DNA from: Eledone cirrhosa
Lineage: Eukaryota
Reading direction: 5' to 3'
DNA length: 64,000 nucleotides
Assembly: GCA_964016885.1 (NCBI GenBank)
Contig: OZ024743.1
Coordinates: forward strand, 198,524,001 to 198,588,000
Part shown: piece after piece, positions 62,201 through 64,000 of the stretch
How positions within the stretch are numbered: position 1 is the stretch's first letter
Layout: each line of letters begins with the position of its first letter
The notes under the pieces: model-generated
Told to the model about the DNA's origin: nothing
Seen by the model: the letters and a program-made list of their open reading frames with translations, nothing else
Databases searched by the model: none
Program-made: the position numbers and the translations under genes

Positions 62201-63928
62201 AGGTGTTGGTGTTGGTGGTGTTGGTGTTGGTGGTGTTGGTGTTGGTGTTGGTGGTGTTGGTGTTGGTGGTGTTGGTGTTGGTGGTGTTGGTGTTGGTGGT
62301 GTTGGTGTTGGTGTTGCTGGTGCTGATGCAGGTGTTGGTGTTGGTGGTGCTGGTGTTGGTGGTGCTGGTGTTGGCGTTGGTGGTGTTGGTGTTGGTGTTG
62401 GAGGTGTTGGTGTTGGTGGTGTTGGTGTTGGTGGTGTTGGTGTTGGTGTTGGTGGTGTTGGTGGTGTTGGTGTTGGTGGTGTTGATGTTGGTGTTGGTGG
62501 TGTTGGTGTTGGTGTTGCTGGTGCTGATGCAGGTGTTGCTGTTGGTGGCGCTGGTGTTGGTGGTGCTGGTGCTGGTGGTGTTGGTGTTGGTGGTGGTGGT
62601 GTCTGTGTTTGTGTTGGTGGTGTTGGTGTTGGTGGTGTTGGTGTTGGTGGTGTTGGTGTTGGTGTTGGTGTTGGTGGTGCTGGTGTTGGTGTTGGTGGTG
62701 TTGGTGGTGTTGGTGTTGGTGTTGGTGGTGTTGGTGGTGGTGGTGTTGGTGTTGGTGGTGCTGGTGTTGGTGGTGTTGGTGTTGGTGTTGGTGGTGCTGC
62801 TGTTGGTATTGGTGGTGCTGGTGTTGGTGGTGCTGGTGTTTGTGTTGGTGGTGCTGGTGTTGGTGTTGGTGGTGCCGGTGTTGGTGTTGGTGGTGCTGGT
62901 GTTGGTGTTGGTAGTGCTGGTGTTGGTGTTGGTGTTGGTGGTGCTGGTGTTGGTGTTGGTAGTGCTGGTGTTGGCGTTGGTGTTGGTGGTGTTGCTGTTG
63001 GTGGTGTTGGTGTTGGTGGTGCTGGTGTTGGTGTTGGTAGTGCTGGTGTTGGTGGTGCTGGTATTGGTGGTGTTCGTGTTGGTGTTGGTGGTGTTGGTGT
63101 TGGTGTTGGTTGTGCTGGTGTTGGTGGTGTTGGTGTTGGTGGTGTTGGTGTTGGTGGTGTTGGTGTTGGTGGTGTTGGTGTTGGTGGTGCTGGTGTTGGT
63201 GGTGTTGGTGTTGGTGGTGCTGGTGTTGGTGCTGGTGTTGGTGGTGCTGGTGTTGGTGGTGTTGGTGTTGGTGATGGTGATGGTGGTGTTGGTGTTGGTG
63301 TTGGTAGTGCTGGTGTTGGTGGTGCTGGTGTTGGTGGTGTTGGTGTTGGTGATGGTGGTATTGGTGTAGGTGTTGGTGGTGCTGGTGTTGGTTTTGGTGG
63401 TGTTGGTGTTGGTGGTGCTGGTGTTGGTGTTGGTGGCGTTGGTAGTGCTGGTGTTGGTGTTGGTGGTGCTGGTGTTGGTGTTGGTGGTGTTTGTGTTGGT
63501 GGTGCTGGTGTTGGTGTTGGTGGTGCTGGTGTTGGTGTTGGTGGTGCTGGTGTTGGTGTTAGTGGTGTTGGTGTTGGTGGTGCTGGTGTTGGTGTTGGTG
63601 GTGTTGGTGTTGGTGTTGCTGGTGTTGGTGTTGGTGTTGGTGGTGCTGGTGTTGGTGGTGCTGGTTTTGGTGGTGTTGGTGTTGGTGGTGTCAGTGGTGT
63701 TGGTGTTGCTGTTGGTGGTGTTGGTGTTGGTGGTGCTAGTGTTGATTGTTGGTGGTGTTGGTGTTGGTGTTGGTGGTGTTGGTGTTGGTGGTGTTGGTGT
63801 TGGTGTTGGTGGTCCTGGTGTTGGTGGTGGTGTTGGTGGTGTTGGTGTTGGTGGTGTTGGTGTTGGTGGAGTTGGTGTTGGTGGTGCTGGTGTTGGTGTT
63901 GTTGGTGGTGGTGTTGGTGTTGGTAGTG
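38294..63928 (-). CDS. Hypothetical giant Pro/Thr/Ala-rich (mucin PTS/extensin-like) reading frame; could only be an internal exon, and may be non-coding
   Basis: Track ORF 38294-61471. By my reading the frame stays open upstream to a TAA at 63929-63931. No signal peptide or vWD/CysD/SEA domain is seen, and NCA codons are intrinsically stop-poor. Confidence 0.25.
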   Translation of the reverse strand, partial: HYQHQHHHQQHQHQHHQHQLHQHQHHQHQHHQHHHQHQDHQHQHQHHQHQHHQHQHQHHQQSTLAPPTPTPPTATPTPLTPPTPTPPKPAPPTPAPPTPTPTPATPTPTPPTPTPAPPTPTPLTPTPAPPTPTPAPPTPTPAPPTQTPPTPTPAPPTPTPALPTPPTPTPAPPTPTPPKPTPAPPTPTPIPPSPTPTPPTPAPPTPALPTPTPTPPSPSPTPTPPTPAPPTPAPTPAPPTPTPPTPAPPTPTPPTPTPPTPTPPTPTPPTPAQPTPTPTPPTPTRTPPIPAPPTPALPTPTPAPPTPTPPTATPPTPTPTPALPTPTPAPPTPTPTPALPTPTPAPPTPTPAPPTPTPAPPTQTPAPPTPAPPIPTAAPPTPTPTPPTPAPPTPTPPPPTPPTPTPTPPTPPTPTPAPPTPTPTPTPPTPTPPTPTPPTQTQTPPPPTPTPPAPAPPTPAPPTATPASAPATPTPTPPTPTSTPPTPTPPTPPTPTPTPPTPTPPTPTPPTPTPTPPTPTPAPPTPAPPTPTPASAPATPTPTPPTPTPPTPTPPTPTPPTPTPTPPTPTPPTPTPPTPTPTPTPPTPTPPIPTPTPPTPTPAPPTPAPPTPTPASAPATPTPTPPTPTPPTPTPPTPTPPTPTPTPPTPTPPTPTPPTPTPTPTPPTPTPPIPTPTPPTPTPAPPTPAPPTATPAPPTPTPTPPTPTPAPPTTKPASAPPTPTPAPPTPAPPTPTPASAPAPPTPTPESAPTPPTPTPPTPTPTPTPPTPPTPTPPTPTPPTPTPAPPTPTPAPPTPTPAPTPTPPPTPPTPTPPTPPMPTPPTQTPAPPTPTPAPPTPALPTPTPPSQKPTPPTPTPPTPTPTPAPPTPTPAPPTPTPAPPTPTPAPPTPAPAPPTPTPPPTPPTPTPPTPPTATPPTRTPAPPTQTPTPPTPTPAPPTPAPPTPTPPTPTPKPPTPTPPTPTPTPTLTPPTPTPTPRTRSPAPPTPAPPTPAPPTPTPTPAPPTPAPPTPAPPTPTPTPTTAPPTPTPTPAPPTPAPPTPTPTPRTRSPAPPTPAPPTPAPPTPTPPTPTPPTTTPAPTSAPPTPAPPTPTPPTPTPAPPTTAPPTPALPTPTPAPPTPTPAPPTPAPPTPAPPTPALPTPTPAPPTPALPTPTPALPAPTPAPPTTAPPTLPTPTPAPPTPTPTPTSAPPTPTPTPAPPTPAPPTPTPAPPTPAPPTPAPPTPTPAPPTPAPPTPTPAPPTPAPPTPAPPTPTPTPAPPTPAPPTPTPPTPTPAPPTPPTPTPAPPTPTAAPPPPTPTPTTAPPTPTPTPAPPTPTPAPPTPAPPTPTPAPPTPTPTPTPPTPTPAPPTPKPASAPPTPAPPTPAPPTPAPPTPALPTPTPTPTSAPPTPTPTPAPPTPAPPTPAPPPPTPTPAPPTPAPPTPAPPTPAPPTPTPAPPTPAPPTPTPAPTPTPPTPTPAPPTPAPPTPAPPTPTPAPPTPAPPTPTPAPTPTPPTPTTPTPAPPTPAPPTPAPPTPTPALPTPTPAPPTPAPPTPAPPTPTPALPTPTPAPPTPPTPTPPTPTPAPPTPTPTTPSQAPTTPAPPTPAPPPPTPALPTPTPAPPTPAPPTPAPPTPTPALPTPTPAPPTPPTPTPPTPTPAPPTPAPPTPTPTKPTPAPPTPAPPTPAPPAPPTPALPTPTPAPPTPPTPAPPTPIPALPTPAPPPTPTPTLTPPTPTPTTPTPAPLTPAPPTPTPTPPTQTPPPPTPTPAPPAPLTPAPPTPTPTPPTQTPPLPTPTPAPPTPTPAPPTPTLTPPTPTPPPPTPTPAPPPPTPTTAPPTRTPAPPTPAPPTPAPTTPTPAPPTPTPTPPTPTPAPPTPTPAPPPPTPTATPAPPTPTPTPPTPTPPPPTPTPAPPPPTPTTAPPTRTPAPPTPAPPTPTPAPPTSTPPTPTPAPPTPTPAPPTSTPPTPTPAPPTPTPTPPTPTPAPPTPTPAPPTPTPTPTPAPPTPAPPTPPTPTPTPPTPTPAPPTPPTPTPTPPTPTPTPAPPTPPTPTPPTPTPKPPTPTPTTPTPAPPTPAPPTPAPSPPTPALPTPTPAPPTPAPPTPSPPTPALPTPTPAPPTPPTPTPPTPTPAPPTPTPTPAPPTPPTPTPPTPTPTPPTPTPAPPTPAPPAPPTPALPTPTPAPPTPAPPTPAPPTPTPALPTPTPAPPTPTPTPAPPTPTPPTPTPAPPKPTPAPPTPAPSPPTPALPTPTPAPPKPTPAPPTPAPSPPTPALPTPTPAPPTPPTPTPPTPTPPTPTPPTPTPTPAPPTPPTPTPAPPTPTPPTPTPPAPTPPTPPTPPPPTPAPPTPTPPTPTPAPPTSTPAPPTPPTPTTTTPAPTPALPTPTPAPPTPTPAPPTPAPPTPTPAPPTPAPPTPAPPTPTPTPAPPTPAPPTPTPPTPTPAPPTPPTPTPAPPTPTAAPPPPTPAPPTPPTPTPTPPTPTPAPPTPPTPTPTPPTPTPTPAPPTPPTPTPPTPTPKPPTPTPTTPTPAPPTPAPPTPAPSPPTPALLTPTPAPPTPAPPTPSPPTPALPTPTPAPPTPPTPTLPTPTPAPPTPTPTPAPPTPPTPTPPTPTPTPPTPTPAPPTPAPPAPPTPALPTPTPAPPTPAPPTPAPPTPTPALPTPTPAPPTPTPTPAPPTPTPPTPTPAPPKPTPAPPTPAPSPPTPALPTPTPAPPKPTPAPPTPAPSPPTPALPTPTPAPPTPPTPTPPTPTPPTPTPPTPTPTPAPPTPPTPTPAPPTPTPPTPTPPAPTPPTPPTPPPPTPAPPTPTPPTPTPAPPTSTPAPPTPPTPTTTTPAPTPALPTPTPAPPTPTPAPPTPAPPTPTPAPPTPAPPTPAPPTPTPTPAPPTPAPPTPTPPTPTPAPPTPPTPTPAPPTPTAAPPPPTPTPTTAPPTPTPTPAPPTPTPPTPTPALPTPTPAPPTPPTPTPPTPTPAPPTPAPPTPTPTKPTPAPPTPAPPTPAPPAPPTPALPTPTPAPPTPPTPAPPTPIPALPTPAPPPTPTPTLTPPTPTPTTPTRTPATPTPAPLTPAPPTPTPTPPTQTPPPPTPTPAPPAPLTPAPPTPTPTPPTQTPPPPTPTPAPPTPTPAPPTPTPTPPTPTPPPPTPTPAPPPPTPTTAPPTRTPAPPTPAPPTPAPTTPTPAPPTPTPTPPTPTPAPPTPTPAPPPPTPTATPAPPTPTPTPPTPTPPPPTPTPAPPPPTPTTAPPTRTPAPPTPAPPTPAPTTPTPAPPTPTPTPPTPTPAPPTPTPAPPTPTPTPTPAPPTPAPPTPPTPTPTPPTPTPAPPTPPTPTPTPPTPTPTPAPPTPPTPTPPTPTPKPPTPTPTTPTPAPPTPAPPTPAPSPPTPALPTPTPAPPTPAPPTPTPPTPTPTPAPPTPPTPTPPTPTPKPPTPTPTTPTPAPPTPAPPTPAPSPPTPALPTPTPAPPTPAPPTPSPPTPALPTPTPAPPTPPTPTPPTPTPAPPTPTPTPAPPTPPTPTPPTPTPTPPTPTPAPPTPAPPAPPTPALPTPTPPPPTPTPAPPPTTPTTAPPTRTPAPPTPAPTTPTPAPPTSTPPTPTPAPPTPAPPTPTPAPPTPTPTPPTPTPTPPTPTPAPPTPTPAPPTPTPTPPTPTPTPPTPTPAPPTPTPAPPTPTPTPPTPTPTPAPPPPTPTPTPAPPTPTPTPPTPTTAPPTPTPTAPPTPAPPTPTPTPPTPTPTPAPTPTPPTPTPPTTPPTPTPPTPTPPTTPPTPTPAPPTPTPAPTPAPPTPTPAPPTPTAAPPTPTPAPPTAAPPTPAPPTPTAAPPTPTPAPPTAAPPTPPTPTPPTPPTLTPAPPTLTPAPPTPTPAPPTPTAAPPTPTPAPPTAAPPTPAPPTPTAAPPTPTPPTPPTLTPAPPTPAPAPPTPTPPTPTPAPPPPTPTPAPPPPTPTPAPTTPTPPAPTPPTPAPPTPAPPAPTPAPPTPTLTPPTPTPPTPTPEPPTPTPPTPTPTPPTPTPEPPTPTPPTPTPTPPTPTPAPTPPTPAPAPAPPTPTPPTPTPAPPTPAPPTPTPPTPTPTPAPPTPPTPTPPIPTPKPPTPTPTTPTPAPPTPAPPTPAPSPPTPALPTPTPAPPTPAPPTPSPPTPALPTPTPAPPTPPTPTPPTPTPAPPTPTPTPAPPTPPTPTPPTPTPTPPTPTPAPPTPAPPAPPTPALPTPTPAPPTPAPPTPAPPTPTPALPTPTPAPPTPTPTPAPPTPTPPTPTPAPPKPTPAPPTPAPSPPTPALPTPTPAPPKPTPAPPTPAPSPPTPALPTPTPAPPTPPTPTPPTPTPPTPTPPTPTPTPAPPTPPTPTPAPPTPTPPTPTPPAPTPPTPPTPPPPTPAPPTPTPPTPTPAPPTSTPAPPTPPTPTTTTPAPTPALPTPTPAPPTPTPPTPTPPTPSPAPPTPTPAPPTPPTPTPTPPTPTPPTPSPAPPTPTPAPPTPPTPTTTTPAPTPAPPTPPTPTPTPPTPTPPTPTPPTPTPTPPTPTPAPPTPTPTPPTPTPTLTPPTPTPTTPTRTPATPTPAPLTPAPTPPTQTPPTPTPTPAPPTPTPAPPTPTPTPPTPTPPPPTPTPAPPPPTPTTAPPTRTPAPPTPAPPTPAPTTPTPAPPSPTPPTPTPPTPTPAPPTSTPAPPTPPTPTPPTPAPPTPTPAPPTPPTPTTTTPAPTPPTPTPPTPTPTPPTPTPAPPTPTPTPPTPTPTRTPATPTPAPLTPAPPTPTPTPPTPTPPPPTPTPPTPTPAPPTPTPTPPTPTPTPPTSTPPPPTPTPAPPPPTPTTAPPTRTPTPAPPTPAPPTPAPPTPAPPTPTPAPTPTPPTPTPAPPTPAPPTPAPPTPTPAPPTPAPPTPTPAPTPTPPTPTPTTPTPAPPTPAPPTPAPPTPTPALPTPTPAPPTPAPPTPAPPTPTPAPPTPPTPTPPTPTPAPPTPTPTTPSQAPTTPAPPTPAPPPPTPALPTPTPAPPTPAPPTPAPPTPTPALPTPTPAPPTPPTPTPPTPTPAPPTPAPPTPTPTKPTPAPPTPAPPTPAPPAPPTPALPTPTPAPPTPPTPAPPTPIPALPTPAPPPTPTPTLTPPTPTPTTPTRTPATPTPAPLTPAPPTPTPTPPTQTPPPPTPTPAPPTAAPPTPAPPTPTAAPPTPTPPTPPTLTPAPPTPAPAPTTPTPPTPTPAPPPPTPTPAPPPPTPTPAPTTPTPPAPTPPTPAPPTPAPPAPTPAPPTPTLTPPTPTPPTPTPEPPTPTPPTPTPTPPTPTPEPPTPTPPTPTPTPPTPTPAPTPPTPAPAPAPPTPTPPTPTPAPPTPAPPTPTPPTPTPTPAPPTPPTPTPPIPTPKPPTPTPTTPTPAPPTPAPPTPAPSPPTPALPTPTPAPPTPAPPTPSPPTPALPTPTPAPPTPPTPTPPTPTPAPPTPTPTPAPPTPPTPTPPTPTPTPPTPTPAPPTPAPPAPPTPALPTPTPAPPTPAPPTPAPPTPTPALPTPTPAPPTPTPTPAPPTPTPPTPTPAPPKPTPAPPTPAPSPPTPALPTPTPAPPKPTPAPPTPAPSPPTPALPTPTPAPPTPPTPTPPTPTPPTPTPPTPTPTPAPPTPPTPTPAPPTPTPPTPTPPAPTPPTPPTPPPPTPAPPTPTPLTPTPAPPTSTPAPPTPPTPTTTTPAPTPALPTPTPAPPTPTPPTPTPPTPSPAPPTPTPAPPTPPTPTPTPPTPTPPTPSPAPPTPTPAPPTPPTPTTTTPAPTPAPPTPPTPTPTPPTPTPPTPTPPTPTPTPPTPTPAPPTPTPTPPTPTPTLTPPTPTPTTPTRTPATPTPAPLTPAPTPPTQTPPTPTPTPAPPTPTPAPPTPTPTPPTPTPPPPTPTPAPPPPTPTTAPPTRTPAPPTPAPPTPAPTTPTPAPPSPTPPTPTPPTPTPAPPTSTPAPPTPPTPTPPTPAPPTPTPAPPTPPTPTTTTPAPTPPTPTPPTPTPTPPTPTPAPPTPTPTPPTPTPTRTPATPTPAPLTPAPPTPTPTPPTPTPPPPTPTPPTPTPAPPTPTPAPPTPTPTPPTSTPPPPTPTPAPPPPTPTTAPPTRTPTPAPPTPAPPTPAPPTPAPPTPTPAPTPTPPTPTPAPPTPAPPTPAPPTPTPAPPTPAPPTPTPAPTPTPPTPTPTTPTPAPPTPAPPTPAPPTPTPALPTPTPAPPTPAPPTPAPPTPTPAPPTPPTPTPPTPTPAPPTPTPTTPSQAPTTPAPPTPAPPPPTPALPTPTPAPPTPAPPTPAPPTPTPALPTPTPAPPTPPTPTPPTPTPAPPTPAPPTPTPTKPTPAPPTPAPPTPAPPAPPTPALPTPTPAPPTPPTPAPPTPIPALPTPAPPPTPTPTLTPPTPTPTTPTRTPATPTPAPLTPAPPTPTPTPPTQTPPPPTPTPAPPTPTPAPPTPTPTPPTPTPPPPTPTPAPPPPTPTTAPPTPAPPPPTRTPAPPTPAPPTPAPTTPTPAPPTPTPTPPTPTPAPPTPTPAPPPPTPTATPAPPTPTPTPPTPTTAPPTPTPTPTPAPPTPAPPTPPTPTPTPPTPTPAPPTPTPAPPPPTPTPAPTTPTPPAPTPPTPAPPTPAPPAPTPAPPTPTLTPPTPTPPTPTPEPPTPTPPTPTPTPPTPTPPTPTPTPPTVTPTPAPPTPPTPTPTPPTPTPTTPTPAPPTPAPPTPAPSPPTPALPTPTPAPPTPAPPTPSPPTPALPTPTPAPPTPPTPTPPTPTPAPPTPTPTPAPPTPPTPTPPTPTPTPPTPTPAPPTPAPPAPPTPALPTPTPAPPTPAPPTPAPPTPTPALPTPTPAPPTPPTPAPPTPIPALPTPAPPPTPTPTLTPPTPTPTTPTRTPATPTPAPLTPAPPTPTPTPPTQTPPPPTPTPAPPTPTPAPPTPTPTPPTPTPPPPTPTPAPPPPTPTTAPPTPAPPPPTRTPAPPTPAPPTPAPTTPTPAPPTPTPTPPTPTPAPPTPTPAPPPPTPTATPAPPTPTPTPPTPTTAPPTPTPTPTPAPPTPAPPTPPTPTPTPPTPTPAPPTPTPAPPPPTPTPAPTTPTPPAPTPPTPAPPTPAPPAPTPAPPTPTLTPPTPTPPTPTPEPPTPTPPTPTPTPPTPTPPTPTPTPPTVTPTPAPPTPPTPTPTPPTPTPTTPTPAPPTPAPPIPAPSPPTPALPTPTPAPPTPAPPTPSPPTPALPTPTPAPPTPPTPTPPTPTPAPPTPTPTPAPPTPPTPTPPTPTPTPPTPTPAPPTPAPPAPPTPALPTPTPAPPTPAPPTPAPPTPTPALPTPTPAPPTPTPTPAPPTPTPPTPTPAPPTPTPAPPTPPTPTPPTPTPPTPTPPTPTPTPAPPTPPTPTPARPTPTPAPPTPTPPTPTPPAPTPPTPPTPPPPTPAPPTPTPPTPTPAPPTSTPAPPTPPTPTTTTPAPTPALPTPTPAPPTPTPPTPTPPTPSPAPPTPTPAPPTPPTPTPTPPTPPTPPPPTPAPPTPTPPTPTPAPPTSTPAPPTPPTPTTTTPAPTPALPTPTPAPPTPTPPTPTPPTPSPAPPTPTPAPPTPPTPTTTTPAPTPAPPTPPTPTPTPPTPTPPTPTPTPPTPTPAPPTPTPTPTITPPTPTPTTPTRTPATPTPAPLTPAPTPPTQTPPTPTPTPAPPTPTPAPPTPTPAPPTPAPPTPAPPTPAPPTSTAAPPTPTPPTTTAAPPTPTPAPPTPTASPPTPTPAPPTAAPPTPTPPTLTPAPPTPAPPTPTAAPPTPTPAPPTPTPAPPTPTAAPPTPTPAPPTAAPPTPAPPTSTAAPPTPTPPTPPTLTPTPPTPTPAPAPPTPTPPTPTPTPTPPAPTAAPPTPTPAPPTAAPPTPAPPTSTAAPPTPTPPTPTPAPPTPTPPTPTPPTPAPPTPTPAPPTPTPTPPTPTPPAPPTPAPAPPTPTPAPPTPAPPTPPTPTPPAPTPAPTPTPTPTPTPTPPTPTPTPPAPTPAPTPTPTPTPTPAPPTPTPTPPTPTPPAPTPAPTPTPTPTPTPAPPTPTPTPPTPTPPAPTPPTPAPPTPTLTPPTPTPEPPTPTPPTPTPTPPTPTPEPPTPAPPPPTPTPPTPTPTPTPPTPTPTPPTPTPTPTPPTPTPAPTPPTPTPTPTPPTPTPTPPTPTPTPTPPAPTPPTPTPPTPTPTPTPPTPTPAPPTPPTPTPPTPTPTPAPPTPAPPTPPTPTPPTPTPTPTPPTPPTPTPPTPTPTPAPPTPPTPTPPTPTPTPTPPTPAPPTPAPPTPTPTPAPPTPAPTTPTPTPPTPAPPTPTPPTPTPPTPAPPTPTLAPNTSTTDTNTTSTNTSTSTTNTNTSSNTSTNTNTNHTTPPHQDQPHHQHQPHHQHQPPPISTSPHQYPPPPPSPPTRTPPPTPTTPPTPTPPPTIPSPPTPTPPPIPTPPPPLTPTPPPTPTPPPTPTPAPPTPTPAPAPPTPPTPTPTPAPPTPPTPTQTPPTPTPPTPAPPTPTPPTPAPPTPTPAPPTPTPPTPTPPTPAPPTPPTPTPPTPTPPTPAPPTPALAPPTPNTSTTDTNTTSTNTSTSTTNTNTSSNTSTNTNTNHTTPTPPTPTPPPRH
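39027..63926 (+). CDS. Hypothetical Gly/Val/Ala-rich (elastin/silk-like) reading frame, antisense mirror of the above
   Basis: 8299-codon track ORF with a non-ATG start and out-of-register ends. GNT codons are intrinsically stop-poor. Confidence 0.12.
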   Translation: MVWLVLVLVLVLLLVLVLVVLVLVLVLVVLVSVVLVFGASVGVGGAGVGGVGVGGVGVGGAGVGGVGVGVVGAGVGGAGVGVGVGGAGVGGAGVGGVGVGVGVGGVGVGGVGGAGVGVGVGGVGVGGVGGVGVGVGVGGVGVGGVGGAGVGGAGVGVGVGGVGVGGVGGAGVGVGGVGVGVGVGGVGVGGVGAGGVGVGVGVGGVGVGVGGVGVGVGVGGVGAGVGVGGVGVGVGVGGVGVGVGGVGVGVGVGGVGVGGGGAGVGGSGVGVGGVGVGVGGVGVGGSGVGVGGVSVGVGGAGVGGVGAGGVGVGGVGVGVGGAGVGVGVGVGVGAGVGAGGVGVGGVGVGVGGAGVGVGVGVGVGAGVGAGGVGVGVGGVGVGVGVGVGVGAGVGAGGVGVGGVGGAGVGGAGVGVGGAGAGVGGAGGVGVGGVGVGVGGAGVGVGGAGVGGVGVGGVGVGGAGVGVGGVGVGGAAVDVGGAGVGGAAVGGAGVGVGGAAVGAGGVGVGVGVGGVGVGGAGAGVGVGGVGVSVGGVGGVGVGGAAVDVGGAGVGGAAVGGAGVGVGGAAVGVGGAGVGVGGAGVGVGGAAVGVGGAGVGGAGVSVGGVGVGGAAVGGAGVGVGGDAVGVGGAGVGVGGAAVVVGGVGVGGAAVDVGGAGVGGAGVGGAGVGGAGVGVGGAGVGVGGAGVGVGVGGVCVGGVGAGVSGAGVGVAGVRVGVVGVGVGGVIVGVGVGVGGAGVGVGGVGVGVGGVGVGGVGVGVGGVGGAGVGAGVVVVGVGGVGGAGVGVGGAGDGVGGVGVGGVGVGGAGVGVGSAGVGAGVVVVGVGGVGGAGVDVGGAGVGVGGVGVGGAGVGGGGVGGVGGVGVGVGGVGGAGVGVGGAGDGVGGVGVGGVGVGGAGVGVGSAGVGAGVVVVGVGGVGGAGVDVGGAGVGVGGVGVGGAGVGGGGVGGVGGVGAGGVGVGGVGVGGAGVGVGRAGVGVGGVGGAGVGVGVGGVGVGGVGVGGVGVGGVGGAGVGVGGAGVGVGGVGVGGAGVGVGVGGAGVGVGSAGVGVGGAGVGGAGVGGAGVGVGSAGVGGAGGAGVGGAGVGVGGVGVGVGGVGVGGVGGAGVGVGVGGAGVGVGGVGVGGVGGAGVGVGSAGVGGDGVGGAGVGGAGVGVGSAGVGGDGAGIGGAGVGGAGVGVVGVGVGGVGVGVGGVGGAGVGVTVGGVGVGVGGVGVGGVGVGVGGVGVGGSGVGVGGVGVGGVSVGVGGAGVGAGGAGVGGAGVGGVGAGGVGVVGAGVGVGGGGAGVGVGGAGVGVGGVGVGVGGVGGAGVGGAGVGVGVGVGGAVVGVGGVGVGVGGAGVAVGVGGGGAGVGVGGAGVGVGGVGVGVGGAGVGVVGAGVGGAGVGGAGVRVGGGGAGVGGAVVGVGGGGAGVGVGGGGVGVGGVGVGVGGAGVGVGGAGVGVGGGGVCVGGVGVGVGGAGVSGAGVGVAGVRVGVVGVGVGGVSVGVGVGGGAGVGSAGIGVGGAGVGGVGGAGVGVGSAGVGVGGAGVGGAGVGGAGVGVGSAGVGGAGGAGVGGAGVGVGGVGVGVGGVGVGGVGGAGVGVGVGGAGVGVGGVGVGGVGGAGVGVGSAGVGGDGVGGAGVGGAGVGVGSAGVGGDGAGVGGAGVGGAGVGVVGVGVGGVGVGVGGVGGAGVGVTVGGVGVGVGGVGVGGVGVGVGGVGVGGSGVGVGGVGVGGVSVGVGGAGVGAGGAGVGGAGVGGVGAGGVGVVGAGVGVGGGGAGVGVGGAGVGVGGVGVGVGGVGGAGVGGAGVGVGVGVGGAVVGVGGVGVGVGGAGVAVGVGGGGAGVGVGGAGVGVGGVGVGVGGAGVGVVGAGVGGAGVGGAGVRVGGGGAGVGGAVVGVGGGGAGVGVGGGGVGVGGVGVGVGGAGVGVGGAGVGVGGGGVCVGGVGVGVGGAGVSGAGVGVAGVRVGVVGVGVGGVSVGVGVGGGAGVGSAGIGVGGAGVGGVGGAGVGVGSAGVGGAGGAGVGGAGVGGAGVGFVGVGVGGAGVGGAGVGVGGVGVGGVGGAGVGVGSAGVGVGGAGVGGAGVGGAGVGVGSAGVGGGGAGVGGAGVVGACDGVVGVGVGGAGVGVGGVGVGGVGGAGVGVGGAGVGGAGVGGAGVGVGSAGVGVGGAGVGGAGVGGAGVGVVGVGVGGVGVGAGVGVGGAGVGGAGVGVGGAGVGGAGVGGAGVGVGGVGVGAGVGVGGAGVGGAGVGGAGVGGAGVGVRVGGAVVGVGGGGAGVGVGGGGVDVGGVGVGVGGAGVGVGGAGVGVGGVGVGGGGVGVGGVGVGVGGAGVSGAGVGVAGVRVGVGVGGVGVGVGGAGVGVGGVGVGVGGVGVGGVGAGVVVVGVGGVGGAGVGVGGAGVGGVGVGGVGGAGVDVGGAGVGVGGVGVGGVGDGGAGVGVVGAGVGGAGVGGAGVRVGGAVVGVGGGGAGVGVGGGGVGVGGVGVGVGGAGVGVGGAGVGVGVGGVCVGGVGAGVSGAGVGVAGVRVGVVGVGVGGVSVGVGVGGVGVGVGGAGVGVGGVGVGVGGVGVGGVGVGGVGVGVGGVGGAGVGAGVVVVGVGGVGGAGVGVGGAGDGVGGVGVGGVGVGVGGVGGAGVGVGGAGDGVGGVGVGGVGVGGAGVGVGSAGVGAGVVVVGVGGVGGAGVDVGGAGVGVSGVGVGGAGVGGGGVGGVGGVGAGGVGVGGVGVGGAGVGVGGVGGAGVGVGVGGVGVGGVGVGGVGVGGVGGAGVGVGSAGVGGDGAGVGGAGVGFGGAGVGVGSAGVGGDGAGVGGAGVGLGGAGVGVGGVGVGGAGVGVGVGGAGVGVGSAGVGVGGAGVGGAGVGGAGVGVGSAGVGGAGGAGVGGAGVGVGGVGVGVGGVGVGGVGGAGVGVGVGGAGVGVGGVGVGGVGGAGVGVGSAGVGGDGVGGAGVGGAGVGVGSAGVGGDGAGVGGAGVGGAGVGVVGVGVGGFGVGIGGVGVGGVGGAGVGVGVGGVGVGGAGVGGAGVGVGGVGVGGAGAGAGVGGVGAGVGVGGVGVGVGGVGVGGSGVGVGGVGVGVGGVGVGGSGVGVGGVGVGGVSVGVGGAGVGAGGAGVGGAGVGGVGAGGVGVVGAGVGVGGGGAGVGVGGGGAGVGVGGVGVVGAGAGVGGAGVSVGGVGGVGVGGAAVGVGGAGVGGAAVGGAGVGVGGGGVCVGGVGVGVGGAGVSGAGVGVAGVRVGVVGVGVGGVSVGVGVGGGAGVGSAGIGVGGAGVGGVGGAGVGVGSAGVGGAGGAGVGGAGVGGAGVGFVGVGVGGAGVGGAGVGVGGVGVGGVGGAGVGVGSAGVGVGGAGVGGAGVGGAGVGVGSAGVGGGGAGVGGAGVVGACDGVVGVGVGGAGVGVGGVGVGGVGGAGVGVGGAGVGGAGVGGAGVGVGSAGVGVGGAGVGGAGVGGAGVGVVGVGVGGVGVGAGVGVGGAGVGGAGVGVGGAGVGGAGVGGAGVGVGGVGVGAGVGVGGAGVGGAGVGGAGVGGAGVGVRVGGAVVGVGGGGAGVGVGGGGVDVGGVGVGVGGVGVGVGGAGVGVGGVGVGGGGVGVGGVGVGVGGAGVSGAGVGVAGVRVGVGVGGVGVGVGGAGVGVGGVGVGVGGVGVGGVGAGVVVVGVGGVGGAGVGVGGAGVGGVGVGGVGGAGVDVGGAGVGVGGVGVGGVGDGGAGVGVVGAGVGGAGVGGAGVRVGGAVVGVGGGGAGVGVGGGGVGVGGVGVGVGGAGVGVGGAGVGVGVGGVCVGGVGAGVSGAGVGVAGVRVGVVGVGVGGVSVGVGVGGVGVGVGGAGVGVGGVGVGVGGVGVGGVGVGGVGVGVGGVGGAGVGAGVVVVGVGGVGGAGVGVGGAGDGVGGVGVGGVGVGVGGVGGAGVGVGGAGDGVGGVGVGGVGVGGAGVGVGSAGVGAGVVVVGVGGVGGAGVDVGGAGVGVGGVGVGGAGVGGGGVGGVGGVGAGGVGVGGVGVGGAGVGVGGVGGAGVGVGVGGVGVGGVGVGGVGVGGVGGAGVGVGSAGVGGDGAGVGGAGVGFGGAGVGVGSAGVGGDGAGVGGAGVGLGGAGVGVGGVGVGGAGVGVGVGGAGVGVGSAGVGVGGAGVGGAGVGGAGVGVGSAGVGGAGGAGVGGAGVGVGGVGVGVGGVGVGGVGGAGVGVGVGGAGVGVGGVGVGGVGGAGVGVGSAGVGGDGVGGAGVGGAGVGVGSAGVGGDGAGVGGAGVGGAGVGVVGVGVGGFGVGIGGVGVGGVGGAGVGVGVGGVGVGGAGVGGAGVGVGGVGVGGAGAGAGVGGVGAGVGVGGVGVGVGGVGVGGSGVGVGGVGVGVGGVGVGGSGVGVGGVGVGGVSVGVGGAGVGAGGAGVGGAGVGGVGAGGVGVVGAGVGVGGGGAGVGVGGGGAGVGVGGVGVGGAGAGVGGAGVSVGGVGGVGVGGAAVGVGGAGVGGAAVGGAGVGVGGAAVGVGGAGVGVGGAGVSVGGAGVSVGGVGGVGVGGVGGAAVGGAGVGVGGAAVGVGGAGVGGAAVGGAGVGVGGAAVGVGGAGVGVGGAGVGAGVGVGGAGVGVGGVVGGVGVGGVGVGGVVGGVGVGGVGVGAGVGVGVGGVGVGVGGAGVGGAVGVGVGGAVVGVGGVGVGVGGAGVGVGVGGGGAGVGVGVGGVGVGVGGAGVGVGGAGVGVGGVGVGVGGVGVGVGGAGVGVGGAGVGVGGVGVGVGGVGVGVGGAGVGVGGAGVGGAGVGVGGVDVGGAGVGVVGAGVGGAGVRVGGAVVGVVGGGAGVGVGGGGVGVGSAGVGGAGGAGVGGAGVGVGGVGVGVGGVGVGGVGGAGVGVGVGGAGVGVGGVGVGGVGGAGVGVGSAGVGGDGVGGAGVGGAGVGVGSAGVGGDGAGVGGAGVGGAGVGVVGVGVGGFGVGVGGVGVGGVGGAGVGVGVGGVGVGGAGVGGAGVGVGSAGVGGDGAGVGGAGVGGAGVGVVGVGVGGFGVGVGGVGVGGVGGAGVGVGVGGVGVGVGGVGGAGVGVGGVGVGVGGVGGAGVGGAGVGVGVGVGGAGVGVGGAGVGVGGVGVGVGGAGVGVVGAGVGGAGVGGAGVRVGGAVVGVGGGGAGVGVGGGGVGVGGVGVGVGGAGVAVGVGGGGAGVGVGGAGVGVGGVGVGVGGAGVGVVGAGVGGAGVGGAGVRVGGAVVGVGGGGAGVGVGGGGVGVGGVGVGVGGAGVGVGGAGVGVGGGGVCVGGVGVGVGGAGVSGAGGAGVGVGGGGVCVGGVGVGVGGAGVSGAGVGVAGVRVGVVGVGVGGVSVGVGVGGGAGVGSAGIGVGGAGVGGVGGAGVGVGSAGVGGAGGAGVGGAGVGGAGVGFVGVGVGGAGVGGAGVGVGGVGVGGVGGAGVGVGSAGVGVGGVGVGGAGVGVGVGGAVVGVGVGGGGAAVGVGGAGVGVGGVGGAGVGVGGVGVGGAGVGGAGVGVGVGGAGVGGAGVGGAGVGVGGAGVGGAGVGVGGAGVGVGSAGVGAGVVVVGVGGVGGAGVDVGGAGVGVGGVGVGGAGVGGGGVGGVGGVGAGGVGVGGVGVGGAGVGVGGVGGAGVGVGVGGVGVGGVGVGGVGVGGVGGAGVGVGSAGVGGDGAGVGGAGVGFGGAGVGVGSAGVGGDGAGVGGAGVGLGGAGVGVGGVGVGGAGVGVGVGGAGVGVGSAGVGVGGAGVGGAGVGGAGVGVGSAGVGGAGGAGVGGAGVGVGGVGVGVGGVGVGGVGGAGVGVGVGGAGVGVGSVGVGGVGGAGVGVGSAGVGGDGVGGAGVGGAGVGVSSAGVGGDGAGVGGAGVGGAGVGVVGVGVGGFGVGVGGVGVGGVGGAGVGVGVGGVGVGVGGVGGAGVGVGGVGVGVGGVGGAGVGGGGAAVGVGGAGVGVGGVGGAGVGVGGVGVGGAGVGGAGVGVGVGGAGVGGAGVGGAGVGVGGAGVGGAGVGVGGAGVGVGSAGVGAGVVVVGVGGVGGAGVDVGGAGVGVGGVGVGGAGVGGGGVGGVGGVGAGGVGVGGVGVGGAGVGVGGVGGAGVGVGVGGVGVGGVGVGGVGVGGVGGAGVGVGSAGVGGDGAGVGGAGVGFGGAGVGVGSAGVGGDGAGVGGAGVGLGGAGVGVGGVGVGGAGVGVGVGGAGVGVGSAGVGVGGAGVGGAGVGGAGVGVGSAGVGGAGGAGVGGAGVGVGGVGVGVGGVGVGGVGGAGVGVGVGGAGVGVGGVGVGGVGGAGVGVGSAGVGGDGVGGAGVGGAGVGVGSAGVGGDGAGVGGAGVGGAGVGVVGVGVGGFGVGVGGVGVGGVGGAGVGVGVGGVGVGVGGVGGAGVGVGGVGVGVGGVGGAGVGGAGVGVGVGVGGAGVGVGGAGVGVGGVGVGVGGAGVGVGGVDVGGAGVGVGGAGVGVGGVDVGGAGVGVGGAGVGGAGVRVGGAVVGVGGGGAGVGVGGGGVGVGGVGVGVGGAGVAVGVGGGGAGVGVGGAGVGVGGVGVGVGGAGVGVVGAGVGGAGVGGAGVRVGGAVVGVGGGGAGVGVGGGGVGVGGVSVGVGGAGVGVGGAGVGVGSGGVCVGGVGVGVGGAGVSGAGGAGVGVGGGGVCVGGVGVGVGGAGVSGAGVGVVGVGVGGVSVGVGVGGGAGVGSAGIGVGGAGVGGVGGAGVGVGSAGVGGAGGAGVGGAGVGGAGVGFVGVGVGGAGVGGAGVGVGGVGVGGVGGAGVGVGSAGVGVGGAGVGGAGVGGAGVGVGSAGVGGGGAGVGGAGVVGACDGVVGVGVGGAGVGVGGVGVGGVGGAGVGVGSAGVGVGGAGVGGAGVGGAGVGVGSAGVGVGGAGVGGAGVGGAGVGVVGVGGVGVGAGVGVGGAGVGGAGVGVGGAGVGGAGVGGAGVGVGGVGVGAGVGVGGAGVGGAGVGVGGAGVGGAGVGGAGVGGAGVGVGGGGAGVGGAGVGGAGVGVGVGGADVGVGVGVGSAGVGGAGVGGAGVGGAGVGGADAGFGVGGAGVGVGGVGVGVGVGGAGVGVGGAGVGGAGVGVGGAGVGVGVGGAVVGVGVGGGGAAVGVGGAGVGVGGVGGAGVGVGGVGVGGAGVGGAGVGVGVGGAGVGGAGVGGAGVGVGGAGVGGAGVGVGGAGVGGAGVGGAGVGVGGAGVGGAGVGVGVGGADVGVGVGVGGAGVGVGSVGGAVVGGAGVGAGSAGVGVGSAGVGGAGVGVGSAGVGGAGVGGAGVGGAGVGVGGAGVGVGSAGVGGAVVGGAGVGVGGVGVGGAGVGGADVGAGVVVGGVGVGGVGVGGAGVGGAGVGGAGDRVRGVGVGVGGAGVGGAGVGVGVGGAVVGVGVGVGGAGVGGAGVGGAGVGVGVGGAGVGGAGVGGAGDRVRGVGVGVGGVSVGVGVGVGGVGVGGFGVGVGGVGVGGAGVGGAGVGVGGVGVCVGGAGVRVGGVAVGGVGGVGVGGVGGGVGVGGAGAGVGGAGVGVGGAGVGVGGAGVGVGGAGVGVGVGGVGVGGVGFCDGGVGVGSAGVGGAGVGVGGAGVCVGGVGIGGVGGVGVGGVGGGVGVGAGVGVGGAGVGVGGAGVGVGGVGVGGVGVGGVGGVGVGVGVGGVGVGGVGADSGVGVGGAGADAGVGVGGAGVGGAGVGVGGADAGFVVGGAGVGVGGVGVGVGGAGVAVGGAGVGGAGVGVGGVGVGIGGVGVGGVGVGVGVGGVGVGGVGVGGVGVGVGGVGVGGVGVGGVGVGGVGVGVAGADAGVGVGGAGVGGAGVGVGGVGVGIGGVGVGGVGVGVGVGGVGVGGVGVGGVGVGVGGVGVGGVGVGGVGVGGVGVGVAGADAGVGVGGAGVGGAGVGVGGVGVGVGGVGVGGVGVGGVGVGVGGVGGVGVGGVDVGVGGVGVGVAGADAGVAVGGAGVGGAGAGGVGVGGGGVCVCVGGVGVGGVGVGGVGVGVGVGGAGVGVGGVGGVGVGVGGVGGGGVGVGGAGVGGVGVGVGGAAVGIGGAGVGGAGVCVGGAGVGVGGAGVGVGGAGVGVGSAGVGVGVGGAGVGVGSAGVGVGVGGVAVGGVGVGGAGVGVGSAGVGGAGIGGVRVGVGGVGVGVGCAGVGGVGVGGVGVGGVGVGGVGVGGAGVGGVGVGGAGVGAGVGGAGVGGVGVGDGDGGVGVGVGSAGVGGAGVGGVGVGDGGIGVGVGGAGVGFGGVGVGGAGVGVGGVGSAGVGVGGAGVGVGGVCVGGAGVGVGGAGVGVGGAGVGVSGVGVGGAGVGVGGVGVGVAGVGVGVGGAGVGGAGFGGVGVGGVSGVGVAVGGVGVGGASVDCWWCWCWCWWCWCWWCWCWCWWSWCWWWCWWCWCWWCWCWWSWCWWCWCWCCWWWCWCW
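42130..45025. repeat. 1425-bp higher-order tandem duplication (2 units; boundaries approximate)
   Basis: Marker gga-gct at 42273 and 43698, marker act at 42633 and 44058. Both pairs are 1425 bp apart. Confidence 0.85.
44760..52365. repeat. 3792-bp higher-order tandem duplication (2 units; boundaries approximate)
   Basis: Marker gcttgtgat at 45309 and 49101, marker ggcttag ending at 47418 and 51210. Both pairs are 3792 bp apart. Confidence 0.85.
55200..57950. repeat. 1377-bp higher-order tandem duplication (2 units; boundaries approximate)
   Basis: Marker gctgctgttggc at 55218 and 56595, marker ggcttag ending at 55908 and 57285. Confidence 0.85.
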
Positions 63929-64000
63929 TTAGGTGGTGTTGGTGTTGGTGGTGTTGGTGTTGGTGGTGCTGGTGTTGGTGTTGGTGGTGTTTGTGTTGGT

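Larger units (their letters stand above)
28305..64000. repeat. Giant GGT/GTT/GCT triplet-based complex tandem array (>35 kb, runs off the window end)
   Basis: Built from the words GGTGTT, GGTGGTGTT and GGTGGTGCTGGTGTT. No TE or dinucleotide-microsatellite interruption. Rare variant triplets recur at fixed distances. Confidence 0.97.

Noticed and set aside
28423-63369. Poly-Val/Leu and Trp/Cys ORFs in the array
   Set aside because: They are alternate frames of the same triplet repeat and biochemically implausible. Recurrent TAG stops fall at repeat markers.
28305-64000. Array as telomeric repeat, Chi-site (GCTGGTGG) cluster or CRISPR
   Set aside because: There is no TTAGGG-type unit, Chi octamers are by-products of the triplets in a eukaryotic context, and there is no repeat-spacer structure.

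Overview
AT-rich, repeat-dense eukaryotic DNA with no confidently identifiable host gene. The SINE families and microsatellite load resemble Octopus/coleoid cephalopod genomes (recalled, not searched). Bases 1-28,300 contain tRNA-derived SINEs (several with clear TSDs), a Tx1/L1-like LINE RT fragment, a hAT-like MITE, many microsatellites and at least five hammerhead-ribozyme-like motifs. Most of these motifs sit in (TA)n-flanked, Penelope-like remnants. Bases ~28,300-64,000 form one >35 kb G/T-rich triplet array (GGT/GTT/GCT) with nested higher-order repeats (243, 1377, 1425 and 3792 bp). The array has a ~24.6 kb frameshift-free core that is open on both strands: Pro/Thr/Ala mucin-like on minus, Gly/Val/Ala elastin-like on plus. 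Sequence alone cannot tell a giant coding exon from a non-coding complex satellite. Nearly all short ORFs in the supplied track are microsatellite artefacts.
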